From an uncultured delta proteobacterium (GTDB lineage Bacteria; Myxococcota_A; Polyangia; Polyangiales; Polyangiaceae): 64,000 nucleotides of DNA. The DNA is taken from contig CAWDXG010000004.1 in the NCBI GenBank assembly GCA_963806225.1, positions 928,001 through 992,000 on the forward strand, given 5' to 3'. The notes under the pieces are model-generated. The model was not told where the DNA came from, did no database searches, and worked only from the letters and a program-made list of their open reading frames with translations. This document shows, piece by piece, positions 11,459 to 20,508 of the stretch. Both the position numbers and the translations under genes were made by a program. Each line of letters begins with the position of its first letter. Positions within the stretch are counted from its first letter, which is position 1.

Positions 11459-12289
11459 CTATGGACCTGTGCGAGTGGGCCTGCGCGACGCGATGCCCAC
11501 TCCCAGAGCCGTGATGAGCAGAACGACCAGCGGCATGAAGACGTTCTCGTAGTAGTCGCTGACCGGGAACCGCTCGAACACGGGTGCCCCCGCCTTCTGG
11601 ACGAGGCCGCGAGCCTGGCTCGCCTTGTCGACAAGCTCGGGCAGGGAGATCGAATCGTTGGGGTGCGCGATGTGGCTCGGCGCCTGCCACAGGCCACCGC
11701 CGCGGGCGAACCACCGGCGGCACTCCTGCTCCGCCTGCGCGCGCTGTCCCGCGTTGTCCTGCCTCGACAGGCAAAACCCCCAGGCAGGCACGGGGGATGC
11801 CCCTTTCCAGCTGGCGGGGGCGAGCGGCGCAACCACTGGGAAATCGTCCACGTAGTGGCCGCTGCTGATACGCACCTTGGTGGGGACGCCCACGTAGAGC
11901 TGGCTGGTCCGGGCCAGCTCTTGCAGGTGGAACACGCCGTCCTCCTGCCGCGCCGAGGCGAGCCCCAGCGAGGGCACGCGTCCCGTCACGGCGCGTAGCG
12001 CAGGGGCGAACATGAACGCCACCATGGCCGCGAACATGGTGCCGACCAGGGCGGCCACCCACAAGTCACGGCGCCCGAGCTGGCGCACCCAGAGCGCCGA
12101 GAACGCGACAGCCACGACTGCGGCGGCGGCGAGACCAGCATACGCCGAACCCATGAGCGCGCCGCCCGCTCCGAAGAGCGCCGGCAGCACGCATGCACCC
12201 AGCCCGACCCCCACCGAATCCGGCGAACCCAGGCGCACTTCTGCCGTCGATTGCGTCGTCCACGCCGCTCTCGCTCCCGCGAGCAGCAT
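11459..12289 (-). CDS. Hypothetical membrane protein
   Basis: Three N-terminal hydrophobic segments, a soluble domain and a C-terminal TM segment ([18 protein letters not shown]). Start uncertain. Confidence 0.55.
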   Translation of the reverse strand: MLLAGARAAWTTQSTAEVRLGSPDSVGVGLGACVLPALFGAGGALMGSAYAGLAAAAVVAVAFSALWVRQLGRRDLWVAALVGTMFAAMVAFMFAPALRAVTGRVPSLGLASARQEDGVFHLQELARTSQLYVGVPTKVRISSGHYVDDFPVVAPLAPASWKGASPVPAWGFCLSRQDNAGQRAQAEQECRRWFARGGGLWQAPSHIAHPNDSISLPELVDKASQARGLVQKAGAPVFERFPVSDYYENVFMPLVVLLITALGVGIASRRPTRTGP

Positions 12290-12335
12290 GGCATAGCGGG
12301 TCGAGGCCGACCAAACGACGTCGCTCTGCAGAACC

Positions 12336-13454
12336 TCAGCGGAACCCGAGCGCCCGCCGCTGCGCGGGCAGGCGGCGCGTGTCGCCACGGCGCCAGAGCA
12401 TGCCGTCGAGGACGTAGTGGGTTGCCTGCGGCAGGGCGAGCAGCGGGACGAGCAGCGCGAGCACGAGGCCGCGGAGCTGGATGCCCGAGCCGAACAGCCA
12501 GGCGCGGTCGTGCCAGACGAGTTTGTCCCAGGCCATCTCCTCGGCGAACGCGCAGAGCAACAAGACGCCCAGGAACGCCGCCACGCCGCCCGCCACGATC
12601 TGCGAGCCGAGCGAGCCGGGCGCGTCCTTCTTCCGCTCCTTCGCGTAGAACCAGCAGAGCGCGAAGTACGGCACGCCGTGCACGATCACGTTCGTCACGG
12701 TGAAATCGAAATCGCTGTTGGTGCCGACGATGCCCACGTACCAGATCGCCGCTGTGGTCGCGACGACCAGGCTCTTGCCGAGCTGCAATGTGCCCGTTCG
12801 AGCCCAGAGCACGATCTGCCGCACCGCGAACGCCGCGAGCGCGACGACCCAGATCACCTTCACGATCGGCAAGATCGCCGCCGCGTAGCCCGACACGTTC
12901 ACGAAGTCGCCCTGCACGAACCACGCGAAGCGCGAGCTCGAAAGGTGCGCGTGCCAGTACACCACCGGATACAGCGTGCTCGCGTACATCGCCGCGTCGT
13001 CGATCACCCGGTCGAGCGCGCCGCGCCTTCCGGAGCGCGCGCGGTACACCGCCACCCAGCCCACCTGCTGCCTGACGAAATGGAACAGCGCGATGTACGC
13101 CAAGACGCGCCAGAACATCAGCGAGCCCTGCGTGTACACCACCACGCCCGCCACGTAGCAGAGCAGCGGAATGCCGAAGTAGCGCAGCCGGTGCGCGCTG
13201 AGCTCCTCGCCATCGAGGTACGTCCGGTACAGCGTCGACCACACGTGCGCCACGTCGACCGAAAGCACGAACGCCACCCAGCCCCACTCCGGCAGCGCCT
13301 TTTCGCTCAGCCCCGTCGCGTGCCCCACGACAACGAGCGAAAGCGCCAGCGCCGCGCTCCCCACGAACAGCGCGATGTCCGTGCGCGCACCCCACAGCCA
13401 CGGTCCCAGCGCCGGGCTCGCTTCGGCAAACTGCGCGGGCGCCGCGGTCGTCAT
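12336..13454 (-). CDS. Polytopic membrane protein with His-containing motifs, function unknown
   Basis: About 9 hydrophobic helices and motifs DVAHVWST, FHFVRQQ, HGVPY and THYVLD. ATG at 13454 (MTTAAPAQF). Confidence 0.75.
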   Translation of the reverse strand: MTTAAPAQFAEASPALGPWLWGARTDIALFVGSAALALSLVVVGHATGLSEKALPEWGWVAFVLSVDVAHVWSTLYRTYLDGEELSAHRLRYFGIPLLCYVAGVVVYTQGSLMFWRVLAYIALFHFVRQQVGWVAVYRARSGRRGALDRVIDDAAMYASTLYPVVYWHAHLSSSRFAWFVQGDFVNVSGYAAAILPIVKVIWVVALAAFAVRQIVLWARTGTLQLGKSLVVATTAAIWYVGIVGTNSDFDFTVTNVIVHGVPYFALCWFYAKERKKDAPGSLGSQIVAGGVAAFLGVLLLCAFAEEMAWDKLVWHDRAWLFGSGIQLRGLVLALLVPLLALPQATHYVLDGMLWRRGDTRRLPAQRRALGFR

Positions 13455-13788
13455 CGCGTCGAGGCTACAACACCGCGCACGGAGCGACAGCGACGCGGGC
13501 GCGCGGCTCTCTTTCGCCGGGGGTTGCCCCCCGACCTGTACGGCATGGGACGGCGCGGCGCGCTCGCGCGCGCCGCGGGCCCGCCAAGCCCGGGCGCCCG
13601 CGCCCGGCCGGGGCTCCCCGTCCCTCGCCGCCGCGCCGGAGAGCGGATTTCGCGGCGCCCCACGCGCGTCGACCGCCGCTCGCGCCGCGATCACGCTGCA
13701 ACCAGCCTGGCGGGTGCCCCTCCCTGCAGCACGCGTAGCGGGTGCCTGTCCGACACCGGATCCAGGGCCCGGCAGGCGTGTTGGCCGC

Positions 13789-13877
13789 CGGTGGGGCGGT
13801 TTCGGCGGTTCCCCCTGAGCGCGCGCAGGCGCGGTGGGGCGGTTTCGGCGGTTCCCCCTGAGCGCGCGCAGGCGCGG
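13789..13877. repeat. Direct tandem duplication, 43 bp x2, within a REP-like GC-rich element
   Basis: CGGTGGGGCGGTTTCGGCGGTTCCCCCTGAGCGCGCGCAGGCG occurs at 13789 and 13832. Its GGTTCCCCC is complementary to GGGGGAACC at about 13897-13905. Confidence 0.85.
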
Positions 13878-13957
13878 AGCGCCGAGCACGCGATTTGGGG
13901 GAACCCCGCGAAGCGGGCGCGAGAGCGATGTGTGGCGCGAGGGGGCATCCCGTGAGC

Positions 13958-15094
13958 ACTGCAGCGCGCCTCACGCGCATTTCCGCGCTCCGGGACGCCT
14001 GACAGTACGGAACTGCGCGCCTCACGTGCATTTTCCGGCGCTGGGGCGCCCCACGACCACGAAATGCGCGCCTCACGTGCATTTTCCGGCGCTGGGGCGC
14101 CCCACGACCACGAAATGCGCGCCTCACGTGCATTTTCCGGCGCTGGGGCGGCCCCACGACCACGAAATGCGCGCCTCACGTGCATTTTCCGGCGCTGGGG
14201 CGCCCCACGACCACGAAATGCGCGCCTCACGTGCATTTTCCGGCGCTGGGACGCCTGACAGCGACGAAATGCGCGCCTCACGTGCATTTTCCGGCGCTGG
14301 GACTGCGCTGCGACAGACGGCGACGAAATGCGCGCCTCACGTGCATTTTCCGGCGCTGGGGCGCCCACGACCACGAAATGCGCGCCTCACGTGCATTTTC
14401 CGGCGCTGGGACGCCCCACGACCACGAAATGCGCGCCTCACGTGCATTTTCCGGCGCTGGGACGCCCCACGACCACGAAATGCGCGCCTCACGTGCATTT
14501 TCCGGCGCTGGACGCCCCACGACCACGAAATGCGCGCCTCACGTGCATTTTCCGGCGCTGGGGCGTCCCCACGACCACGAAATGCGCGCCTCACGTGCAT
14601 TTTCCGGCGCTGGGCGCCCACGCACGAAATGCGCGCCTCACGTGCATTTTCCGGCGCTGGGACGCCTGACAGCGACGAAATGCGCGCCTCACGTGCATTT
14701 TCCGGCGCTGGGACGCCTGACAGCGACGAAATGCGCGCCTCACGTGCATTTTCCGGCGCTGGGACGCCTGACAGCGACGAAATGCGCGCCTCACGTGCAT
14801 TTTCCGGCGCTGGGACGCCTGACAGCGACGAAATGCGCGCCTCACGTGCATTTTCCGGCGCTGGGGCGCCCCACGACCACGAAATGCGCGCCTCACGTGC
14901 ATTTTCCGGCGCTGGGACGCCCCACGACCACGAAATGCGCGCCTCACGTGCATTTTCCGGCGCTGGGGCGCCCCACGACCACGAAATGCGCGCCTCACGT
15001 GCATTTTCCGGCGCTGGGACGCCCCACGACCACGAAATGCGCGCCTCACGTGCATTTTCCGGCGCTGGGACGCCCCACGACCACGAAATGCGCG
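13958..15094. repeat. Tandem array of about 22 x 51-bp units (37-bp hairpin core + 14-bp two/three-state segment)
   Basis: Core CGAAATGCGCGCCTCACGTGCATTTTCCGGCGCTGGG followed by GCGCCCCACGACCA, ACGCCCCACGACCA or ACGCCTGACAGCGA. I counted 22 units (the first two degenerate) plus an 11-bp partial unit that abuts the TCA (stop, minus strand) at 15095. Confidence 0.97.
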
Positions 15095-16720
15095 TCAATC
15101 GACCAGCGACTCGAACTGCCGCCCCATGACGCGCAGGATCTGTTCGGCGGCGCGGATGCCGCGGTCCTGCGCTTCCTCGAACAGTGCGAGGCCGGACAGA
15201 TCGGAGTGCGCGAAATGCACGCGGCCTTCGGGCTGGGCGGCTCTGCGGCGCGCGGGGCCCCAGATGAAGCCGGGGCGCGGGCTGACCATGGCGTGACCCC
15301 AGCGGTAGACATCAATGCGCCCGATCGCGCCTTCGAGGCCGTCGTGCGCGCGGGACAGATCGGAGACGATCGAATCGCAGAAGCCGGCGTGATCGATCGC
15401 CTTCAGCTTCTCGCGCGCGACGGCGGGGTCGTGATCGACGAAGGGGTGGTAGTACGTCCACACCGTCGGGCCGTGGTCGACCAGGCGCTGGTGCGTCGCG
15501 ACGACGTAGCCGAGCGCGGGGCTGTCGTAGAGCACGTTGTCCCACGCGAACGGGAAGCCACGGCTCCGGGGGCGCTTCGACAGGTGCAGGTTCGCCACCA
15601 TCCACACGCCGTAGTTGAAGTCGTCGAGGTGCGGCGGGGGCTTGTCGCGCCACGGCCGGTAGATGTGCGGGACGATGAATTTCGGGATGGCGAAGATCAG
15701 GTAGTCAGCCACGTAGCGCTGGAGCGTGCCGCCCTTCACGTCGTGCACGCTGAGCTCGACGCTGTCGTCGTGCGGCACCACATCGGTCACCAGATGGCCG
15801 AGCTTCACGCGCTTGCCCGCCACGCCGGACAGGTGCCGGACCAGGTGCCCGTTGCCCTCCGGCCACACGATGAACGGCTCGGAGTCCTTGCCGGGCGAGG
15901 GCACGCGCGCGCAGAAGTAGAACAGGAGCGCCCAGGCGCTCGTGGTCTCGAGCGTCAGCCCGTAGTCGTCGCGGCAGGCGTACTCGAGGTACCAGTGCAT
16001 GGGCTTCGAGGTGAAACCCTTCTTCCTGACCCACTCGGCGGCCGTCATGCGGTCGAGCGCCGTCACCTCGGCGTCGTCCGAGCAGCGGTGCACCGGGATG
16101 GTGAAGGCGCGCCGGCCGCGGGTGTCGCGCCAGCGCACCCAGTGATCGACCTCGCGATTGAAGCGCCTCAGTTCCGCGAAGGTCTGCTTCGACGCGCCTT
16201 CGTATGGGAACAGCCCCTGATGCCACGCGCCGTGGATGAACAGCCGCTCCTCCGGCGCGCGCACCAGCCGCGCCTCCTTCACGCGCGGCTCGGCGCCGGG
16301 CGGGACTTTCAAGAGCACGCCTAGCTCGTCGAGCAACGCGATGAGCGCGGGGTTGTCGCGGGTGGGCGCCGGCACGTAGTGCGCGCCCCAGGGATACGGG
16401 ACCACGCCGTCGGTGCCGTAGGTCGACGTGCCGCCCACCTTCGGCTCCAGGTCGAACACGACGAAGTCGCGCTCGCCGAGCCGCTCGAGCCGCCACGCCG
16501 CGTTGAGCCCGCTCGGTCCCGAGCCGATGATCGCCACGCGCACGCGCTTCGCCGGCCCGCTCGCGTGCTCCACGGTGGTGCGCCGGAGCCGATGACCCAC
16601 AGGCATCGCCGCGCCGCGCACCTCGCCGGGAAGGGACCGCGGGCGCACACGCCGGCATGCCTCGGCGGCCAGGGGCGCGCCCAGGAGCAGCGTCAGCATC
16701 TCACGGCGTGACGGCGACAC
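15095..16720 (-). CDS. FAD-dependent oxidoreductase (amine-oxidase-like), possible Tat signal
   Basis: Dinucleotide-binding VAIIGSGPSG; motifs DLEPKVGG, PWGAHY, CRDDYG, WDNV, RWGHAM and FAHSDLSG..LFEEA. N-terminal SRREML resembles a twin-arginine motif. Confidence 0.85.
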   Translation of the reverse strand: MSPSRREMLTLLLGAPLAAEACRRVRPRSLPGEVRGAAMPVGHRLRRTTVEHASGPAKRVRVAIIGSGPSGLNAAWRLERLGERDFVVFDLEPKVGGTSTYGTDGVVPYPWGAHYVPAPTRDNPALIALLDELGVLLKVPPGAEPRVKEARLVRAPEERLFIHGAWHQGLFPYEGASKQTFAELRRFNREVDHWVRWRDTRGRRAFTIPVHRCSDDAEVTALDRMTAAEWVRKKGFTSKPMHWYLEYACRDDYGLTLETTSAWALLFYFCARVPSPGKDSEPFIVWPEGNGHLVRHLSGVAGKRVKLGHLVTDVVPHDDSVELSVHDVKGGTLQRYVADYLIFAIPKFIVPHIYRPWRDKPPPHLDDFNYGVWMVANLHLSKRPRSRGFPFAWDNVLYDSPALGYVVATHQRLVDHGPTVWTYYHPFVDHDPAVAREKLKAIDHAGFCDSIVSDLSRAHDGLEGAIGRIDVYRWGHAMVSPRPGFIWGPARRRAAQPEGRVHFAHSDLSGLALFEEAQDRGIRAAEQILRVMGRQFESLVD

Positions 16721-16769
16721 GGGTCGCTACAGTGCACGCGGGAGCGCCCGCGTCAAACCGCGGTCGCGA

Positions 16770-18152
16770 TCACAGGCAGCAGAACGTGACTGCCCCGGTC
16801 GGCGCGACGCTGCCGCTCTTCTGGCCGCCGCCCGCCGTGCAGGAGCCGCCGCTGGGCGTGCCGCCCGTGTACACCGAGCCGCGCGTATCCTCGAGCCCGC
16901 CGTCGTACGGCACCGTGGTGGAGTCGGCGGCGATCGGATAGCACTGGTTCGGCACGCTCATCACCGTCTCGTTGCTCGAGCAGGTGTCGGTGTACGTCTT
17001 GACCGTGCCGCTGCAGTTCTGACCGGTCGGCGATCCGCAGGTGCACGCGCTGCACGTGCGCCCGTCCTGGTAGCCGGTGTAGTAGACGTGCTTGTGCGTG
17101 TACGGCCCGGACGGGCAGGGATTGTCGCCGTCCTTGTACATGCAGGTGAACCCGAACGGCGCCTTCGGCACCGGGATGCACGCCGACGTGGCGCCGCAAC
17201 CCTTGCCGCTGGTGGGCGCGCCGGTGCAGGCCACCATGGAGTTCTGCCAGGTGGGCGTCGGGATGTTCTTCTTGTTGTTGTCCGCCTGCGCCGCACACGA
17301 CGACCCGCTGGCCGTCGGGGGGCTGAACATCGCGGCCTTCGGCGATTCGCCGCTCGGCCCGTGGATCTCGCCATAGACCTTGCAGGCCCCGCCGCTAGTC
17401 AGTGTGAAGGACGTACCGGTGCAGCCCCAGCAGCCGCCGTTGCAGCTGGTCGTGTCCCAATACTGGATGTCTACGTCGGAGCAGCTGCCGCCCGTCGGGT
17501 TGCCACACGAGCAACCCTGGCAGCTCCACGTGCCGCCCTGGACATTGGCGTTGCCGCTGGTCGCAGGGGTCACGTAATCGCCGGACGCGAAACAGTTGGG
17601 CTCGGACCCGGGCGCGCCGTCCCACATCGCGACCGGCCCCAGCCAGCCGCCAGTCAGGACGGCTGGAGCGCAGGTGAACGGTCCCTGGCAGTCGGTGTCC
17701 TGGCAGTCGATCTTGCCGTCGCCGTCGTCGTCCTTGCCGTTGGTGCAGTCCTCGCCGCCGGTGCCGCCACCGGTGCCGCCCGAGCCGCCCACGCTGCCGC
17801 CGGTGCCACCCGTCGAGCCGCCGGTGCCGCCCGTCGAACCGCCCGTGCCACCCGTGCCGCCGGTCGAACCGCCGCTGCCGCCCGCACCTCCGGTGACGGA
17901 GCCACCGCTGCCGCCGTTCGCGCCCGTGCCGCCGCTGCCCGCAAGGCCACCGTTGCCCGCCGACGCGTCCACGCCTCCGCTGCCTCCGCTGGCCCCGCCC
18001 ACGCCAGAGTCGTAGAAGGCGTTGTCGTCGTACGTGTAGCTGGGAAAGCCACAGCCTACGTAGCCGCTGATCAATACCACCGCTCCGAGCGCGGCGGACC
18101 AGCGCCACGAGCGCCGGCGACGATGCGAAGGCCTAGAATCGTCCGACAACAT
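16770..18152 (-). CDS. Cys/Gly-rich secreted lipoprotein (myxobacterial type)
   Basis: ATG at 18152 with GGAG RBS; hydrophobic segment ending YVGC; GGTGGS linker; acidic EDCTNGKDDDGDGKIDCQDTDC motif; repeated CxxCxCG segments. Confidence 0.75.
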   Translation of the reverse strand: MLSDDSRPSHRRRRSWRWSAALGAVVLISGYVGCGFPSYTYDDNAFYDSGVGGASGGSGGVDASAGNGGLAGSGGTGANGGSGGSVTGGAGGSGGSTGGTGGTGGSTGGTGGSTGGTGGSVGGSGGTGGGTGGEDCTNGKDDDGDGKIDCQDTDCQGPFTCAPAVLTGGWLGPVAMWDGAPGSEPNCFASGDYVTPATSGNANVQGGTWSCQGCSCGNPTGGSCSDVDIQYWDTTSCNGGCWGCTGTSFTLTSGGACKVYGEIHGPSGESPKAAMFSPPTASGSSCAAQADNNKKNIPTPTWQNSMVACTGAPTSGKGCGATSACIPVPKAPFGFTCMYKDGDNPCPSGPYTHKHVYYTGYQDGRTCSACTCGSPTGQNCSGTVKTYTDTCSSNETVMSVPNQCYPIAADSTTVPYDGGLEDTRGSVYTGGTPSGGSCTAGGGQKSGSVAPTGAVTFCCL

Positions 18153-19167
18153 TGACTCCAGTAAGCGAAGAGGTCTGCACCAGATCGACGCGCACGCCGC
18201 GCCGGGAAGCCGAGTCCTTCTTCTCGTCGGCCTTGGGGGACGACGAGCCACCGGTCGCCAGCATGATGACCGCGACCACCACTCCGGCCGCCCCCACTCC
18301 GAGCGTCACCTCGGAAAGCGTCGTGTAGAGCTTGCCCTTGTCGCCGGTGCTCTTGAGGCTCGCCGGGCAGACGTTGCCGCGGCAGCCCTTCTCCAGGTCG
18401 CTCTTGGCGCCGGCGCGCAGGCCGTAGAAGACTCCCGACGCGGCGAGGCTCGCTACGCCGAGGCCACCGATGATCCAGGGCGCCGCCGAGCCGTGCTTTT
18501 CCGGTGGCTTCTTCTTCGGCGTCTCTACGGGCGGCACTTCCGACGGCGGCGGAGTCTCCTCGGGTGTCTTCAGAAGCTCCGGAGGTGGAACGAGATCGAC
18601 CTTGCTCGTCTCGCCCTCCTTGACCGTCACGTCCTTCTCGAAGTGCTTGTCGCCGGGCAGCGTCGCGACAATCTGGTGAGCGCCCGGATCGACCGCGACC
18701 TCGTTGCCCAGCTTCGCCTCGCCCAGCTGGACGCCGTCGAGCTCCACTGTTGCCGACTCGGCGCCTTCGCCGAGCGTGATCACGAGCTTGGGGATGCGCG
18801 CTTCGAGCCCTTTGCGCGCCTTGGTGATCTGGTGCAGCTCCTTGGCCTTCTTCTGCTTGGCCTCGTACTCGGCCATCCGGTAGTCGCCCAGCGCCTCGTT
18901 CAACCGGCCGAGGTTCTCCTTGCAGCGGGCGATGTGGAACTGGACCTGTGGCGTGCGCTTGACCTGGGCGACCTGTTCGAACTTGGCGAGCGCGCCGGCC
19001 CAGTCGCCAGCCGCTTCCAGGCTGACCCCCTGCCGGTAGGCCGCTCGCGCCTTCGCCAACTCGTGCCGCGACTGCGCCGACGCCACCGGCGCGACCGTCA
19101 CCGTGCCCATAGCGAGAACCATGCCCAGCGCGACGGCTCGGAGTCCTCTCGTAGCTTGTGACCTCAA
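18133..19167 (-). CDS. TPR + PEGA-like domain protein with C-terminal hydrophobic helices
   Basis: Signal peptide, TPR-like helices (DWAGALAKFEQV, FHIARCKENLGRLNEAL), PEGA-like VELDGVQL...VDPGAHQI, Pro-rich linker and a TM segment. Start uncertain. Confidence 0.75.
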   Translation of the reverse strand: MRSQATRGLRAVALGMVLAMGTVTVAPVASAQSRHELAKARAAYRQGVSLEAAGDWAGALAKFEQVAQVKRTPQVQFHIARCKENLGRLNEALGDYRMAEYEAKQKKAKELHQITKARKGLEARIPKLVITLGEGAESATVELDGVQLGEAKLGNEVAVDPGAHQIVATLPGDKHFEKDVTVKEGETSKVDLVPPPELLKTPEETPPPSEVPPVETPKKKPPEKHGSAAPWIIGGLGVASLAASGVFYGLRAGAKSDLEKGCRGNVCPASLKSTGDKGKLYTTLSEVTLGVGAAGVVVAVIMLATGGSSSPKADEKKDSASRRGVRVDLVQTSSLTGVNVVGRF

Positions 19168-19242
19168 GGTACCGCTATCCTATCACCGGTTCTTTTCGGT
19201 CCCGTAGCCAGTTTGTGCCCGGCGCCCAGGCAACGGCGCCAG

Positions 19243-20052
19243 CTAGCCTTTGGTCTGCCGCTCGGCTTCGCCGATCAGCCGCGAATACCCCTCGAAACGC
19301 TCGTCTCCTTCGCGCACAGGGCGCGAGGCAGCGGGGCCACCGGGCACGGGTGACGCGGTGCGTGCAGGCCCAGGCGTCGAGAATGACGCGACGCTGGAGA
19401 CGCGGCTGCTGCGATCCACCCGGATCCCGGCGCGCTCTGCCAGAGCGTCCGCCAGCTGGTCGAGCGCCTGGACGGGGTTATCGGATGCGAGCCCCAGTGT
19501 CTGGAACGGGAAGGCACGGGCATCGACCCGGGCGATCCAGGGAACGGTCACGAAGTGCAGATCCGCCGCCGCGTAGGCGTCGAAGTCCCCCGAAGGCATG
19601 CTTTCCCGAAACACCGCGATATCGCTGGCGCTGGGCACCACAGCACGGAAAGTTGCGCTGGAGCGGGTCGATCGCGCCTGGATGGGGCGGGCGCCGGTCT
19701 GCACCTCGCCCCGCACGATCACGAGCAGCGCGGCGTAGGGAACCGCGATCGTGCGCTCGCTCAGGTCCAGCACCAACTGCTCCGGCTCGAGGCGGAGCCC
19801 GTGCAGGATGGCCGTCCGCCGCGACGGCTCGTAGATGAGCTGGGGGTCGACCACCGCGACGCGGAAGCCCTGGGAGAGGATGGCCTGACCCAGCTGCCGT
19901 GCCTGCGCCTCGTCGGCCAGCGCGCGCACGACGCCCCAGGATCCGGGCCGGATCCGCGTCTTCAGCTCGTAGGCCACCAGGCCCGTTACCTGGGCGAGCC
20001 GAGCGTACTCTGCGTCGGTCCCCTCGAAGGGAGGACCCAACAAGACCAACAT
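19243..20052 (-). CDS. Hypothetical protein
   Basis: 269-aa ORF with globular-protein composition that fills the gap between identified genes. No motif recognised. Confidence 0.6.
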   Translation of the reverse strand: MLVLLGPPFEGTDAEYARLAQVTGLVAYELKTRIRPGSWGVVRALADEAQARQLGQAILSQGFRVAVVDPQLIYEPSRRTAILHGLRLEPEQLVLDLSERTIAVPYAALLVIVRGEVQTGARPIQARSTRSSATFRAVVPSASDIAVFRESMPSGDFDAYAAADLHFVTVPWIARVDARAFPFQTLGLASDNPVQALDQLADALAERAGIRVDRSSRVSSVASFSTPGPARTASPVPGGPAASRPVREGDERFEGYSRLIGEAERQTKG

Positions 20053-20234
20053 GGGCGGGGATGCCTCGCTCGGGCCAGCTTAGCCGAGCGCCGGCCCGGG
20101 ATCCGAGAAATCGGCCGGATGCGGGCCGCCGTCCGCCGGGCGTCGGGCCGGCAATCCTGCCACGCGGGGTCGCGGAACGGCGCCGGTTCGTGTTAACGAT
20201 GAGCCCAACACCTCCGCGGGGAAGAGGCGACGGC

Positions 20235-20459
20235 ATGGCAATCACCTGGGTTCCTTTCGTCAAAGCGCTTGTCGCGTCGATCGTCTATTCGCTGATCGGC
20301 GTCGCAATGTTCGCGGCGAGCTTCCTGATCATCAGACTGGTCACGCCCTTCTCGATCAGGAAGGAAATCGAAGAGGATCAGAACACGGCGCTCGCCATCA
20401 TGATCGGCTCCGTGATCCTTGGCCTCAGCATCATCATCGCGGCCGCGATCGGCGGCTGA
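20235..20459 (+). CDS. DUF350 family small membrane protein
   Basis: Two TM helices with TPFSIRKEIEEDQNTALAIMIGSVILG...AAAIGG, the typical DUF350 pattern; lies directly upstream of speE. Confidence 0.85.
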   Translation: MAITWVPFVKALVASIVYSLIGVAMFAASFLIIRLVTPFSIRKEIEEDQNTALAIMIGSVILGLSIIIAAAIGG

Positions 20460-20508
20460 GCCAGCAGAGTCGCGTCCGTCCGGAGCACCGGAGCGCGACG
20501 CCGGAGCT

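Noticed and set aside
13958..15094. CRISPR array
   Set aside because: The 37-bp palindromic repeat looks CRISPR-like, but the spacers are only 14 bp and recur as 2-3 related variants rather than being unique. There is no AT-rich leader and no cas gene in the window.
13958..15094. TIGR-like or RT-associated guide array
   Set aside because: No diverse spacer pairs, and no Nop-domain, reverse transcriptase or nuclease gene recognisable nearby.
15208..15225. GCGAAATGCACGCG inside the oxidoreductase, resembling the array core
   Set aside because: A short match explained by the conserved RVHFAH coding motif; probably coincidental.
17755..17945. Short GC-rich tandem repeats (also 57660-57725)
   Set aside because: They encode GGTGGS/GGTGG linkers of secreted proteins; ordinary low-complexity coding sequence.
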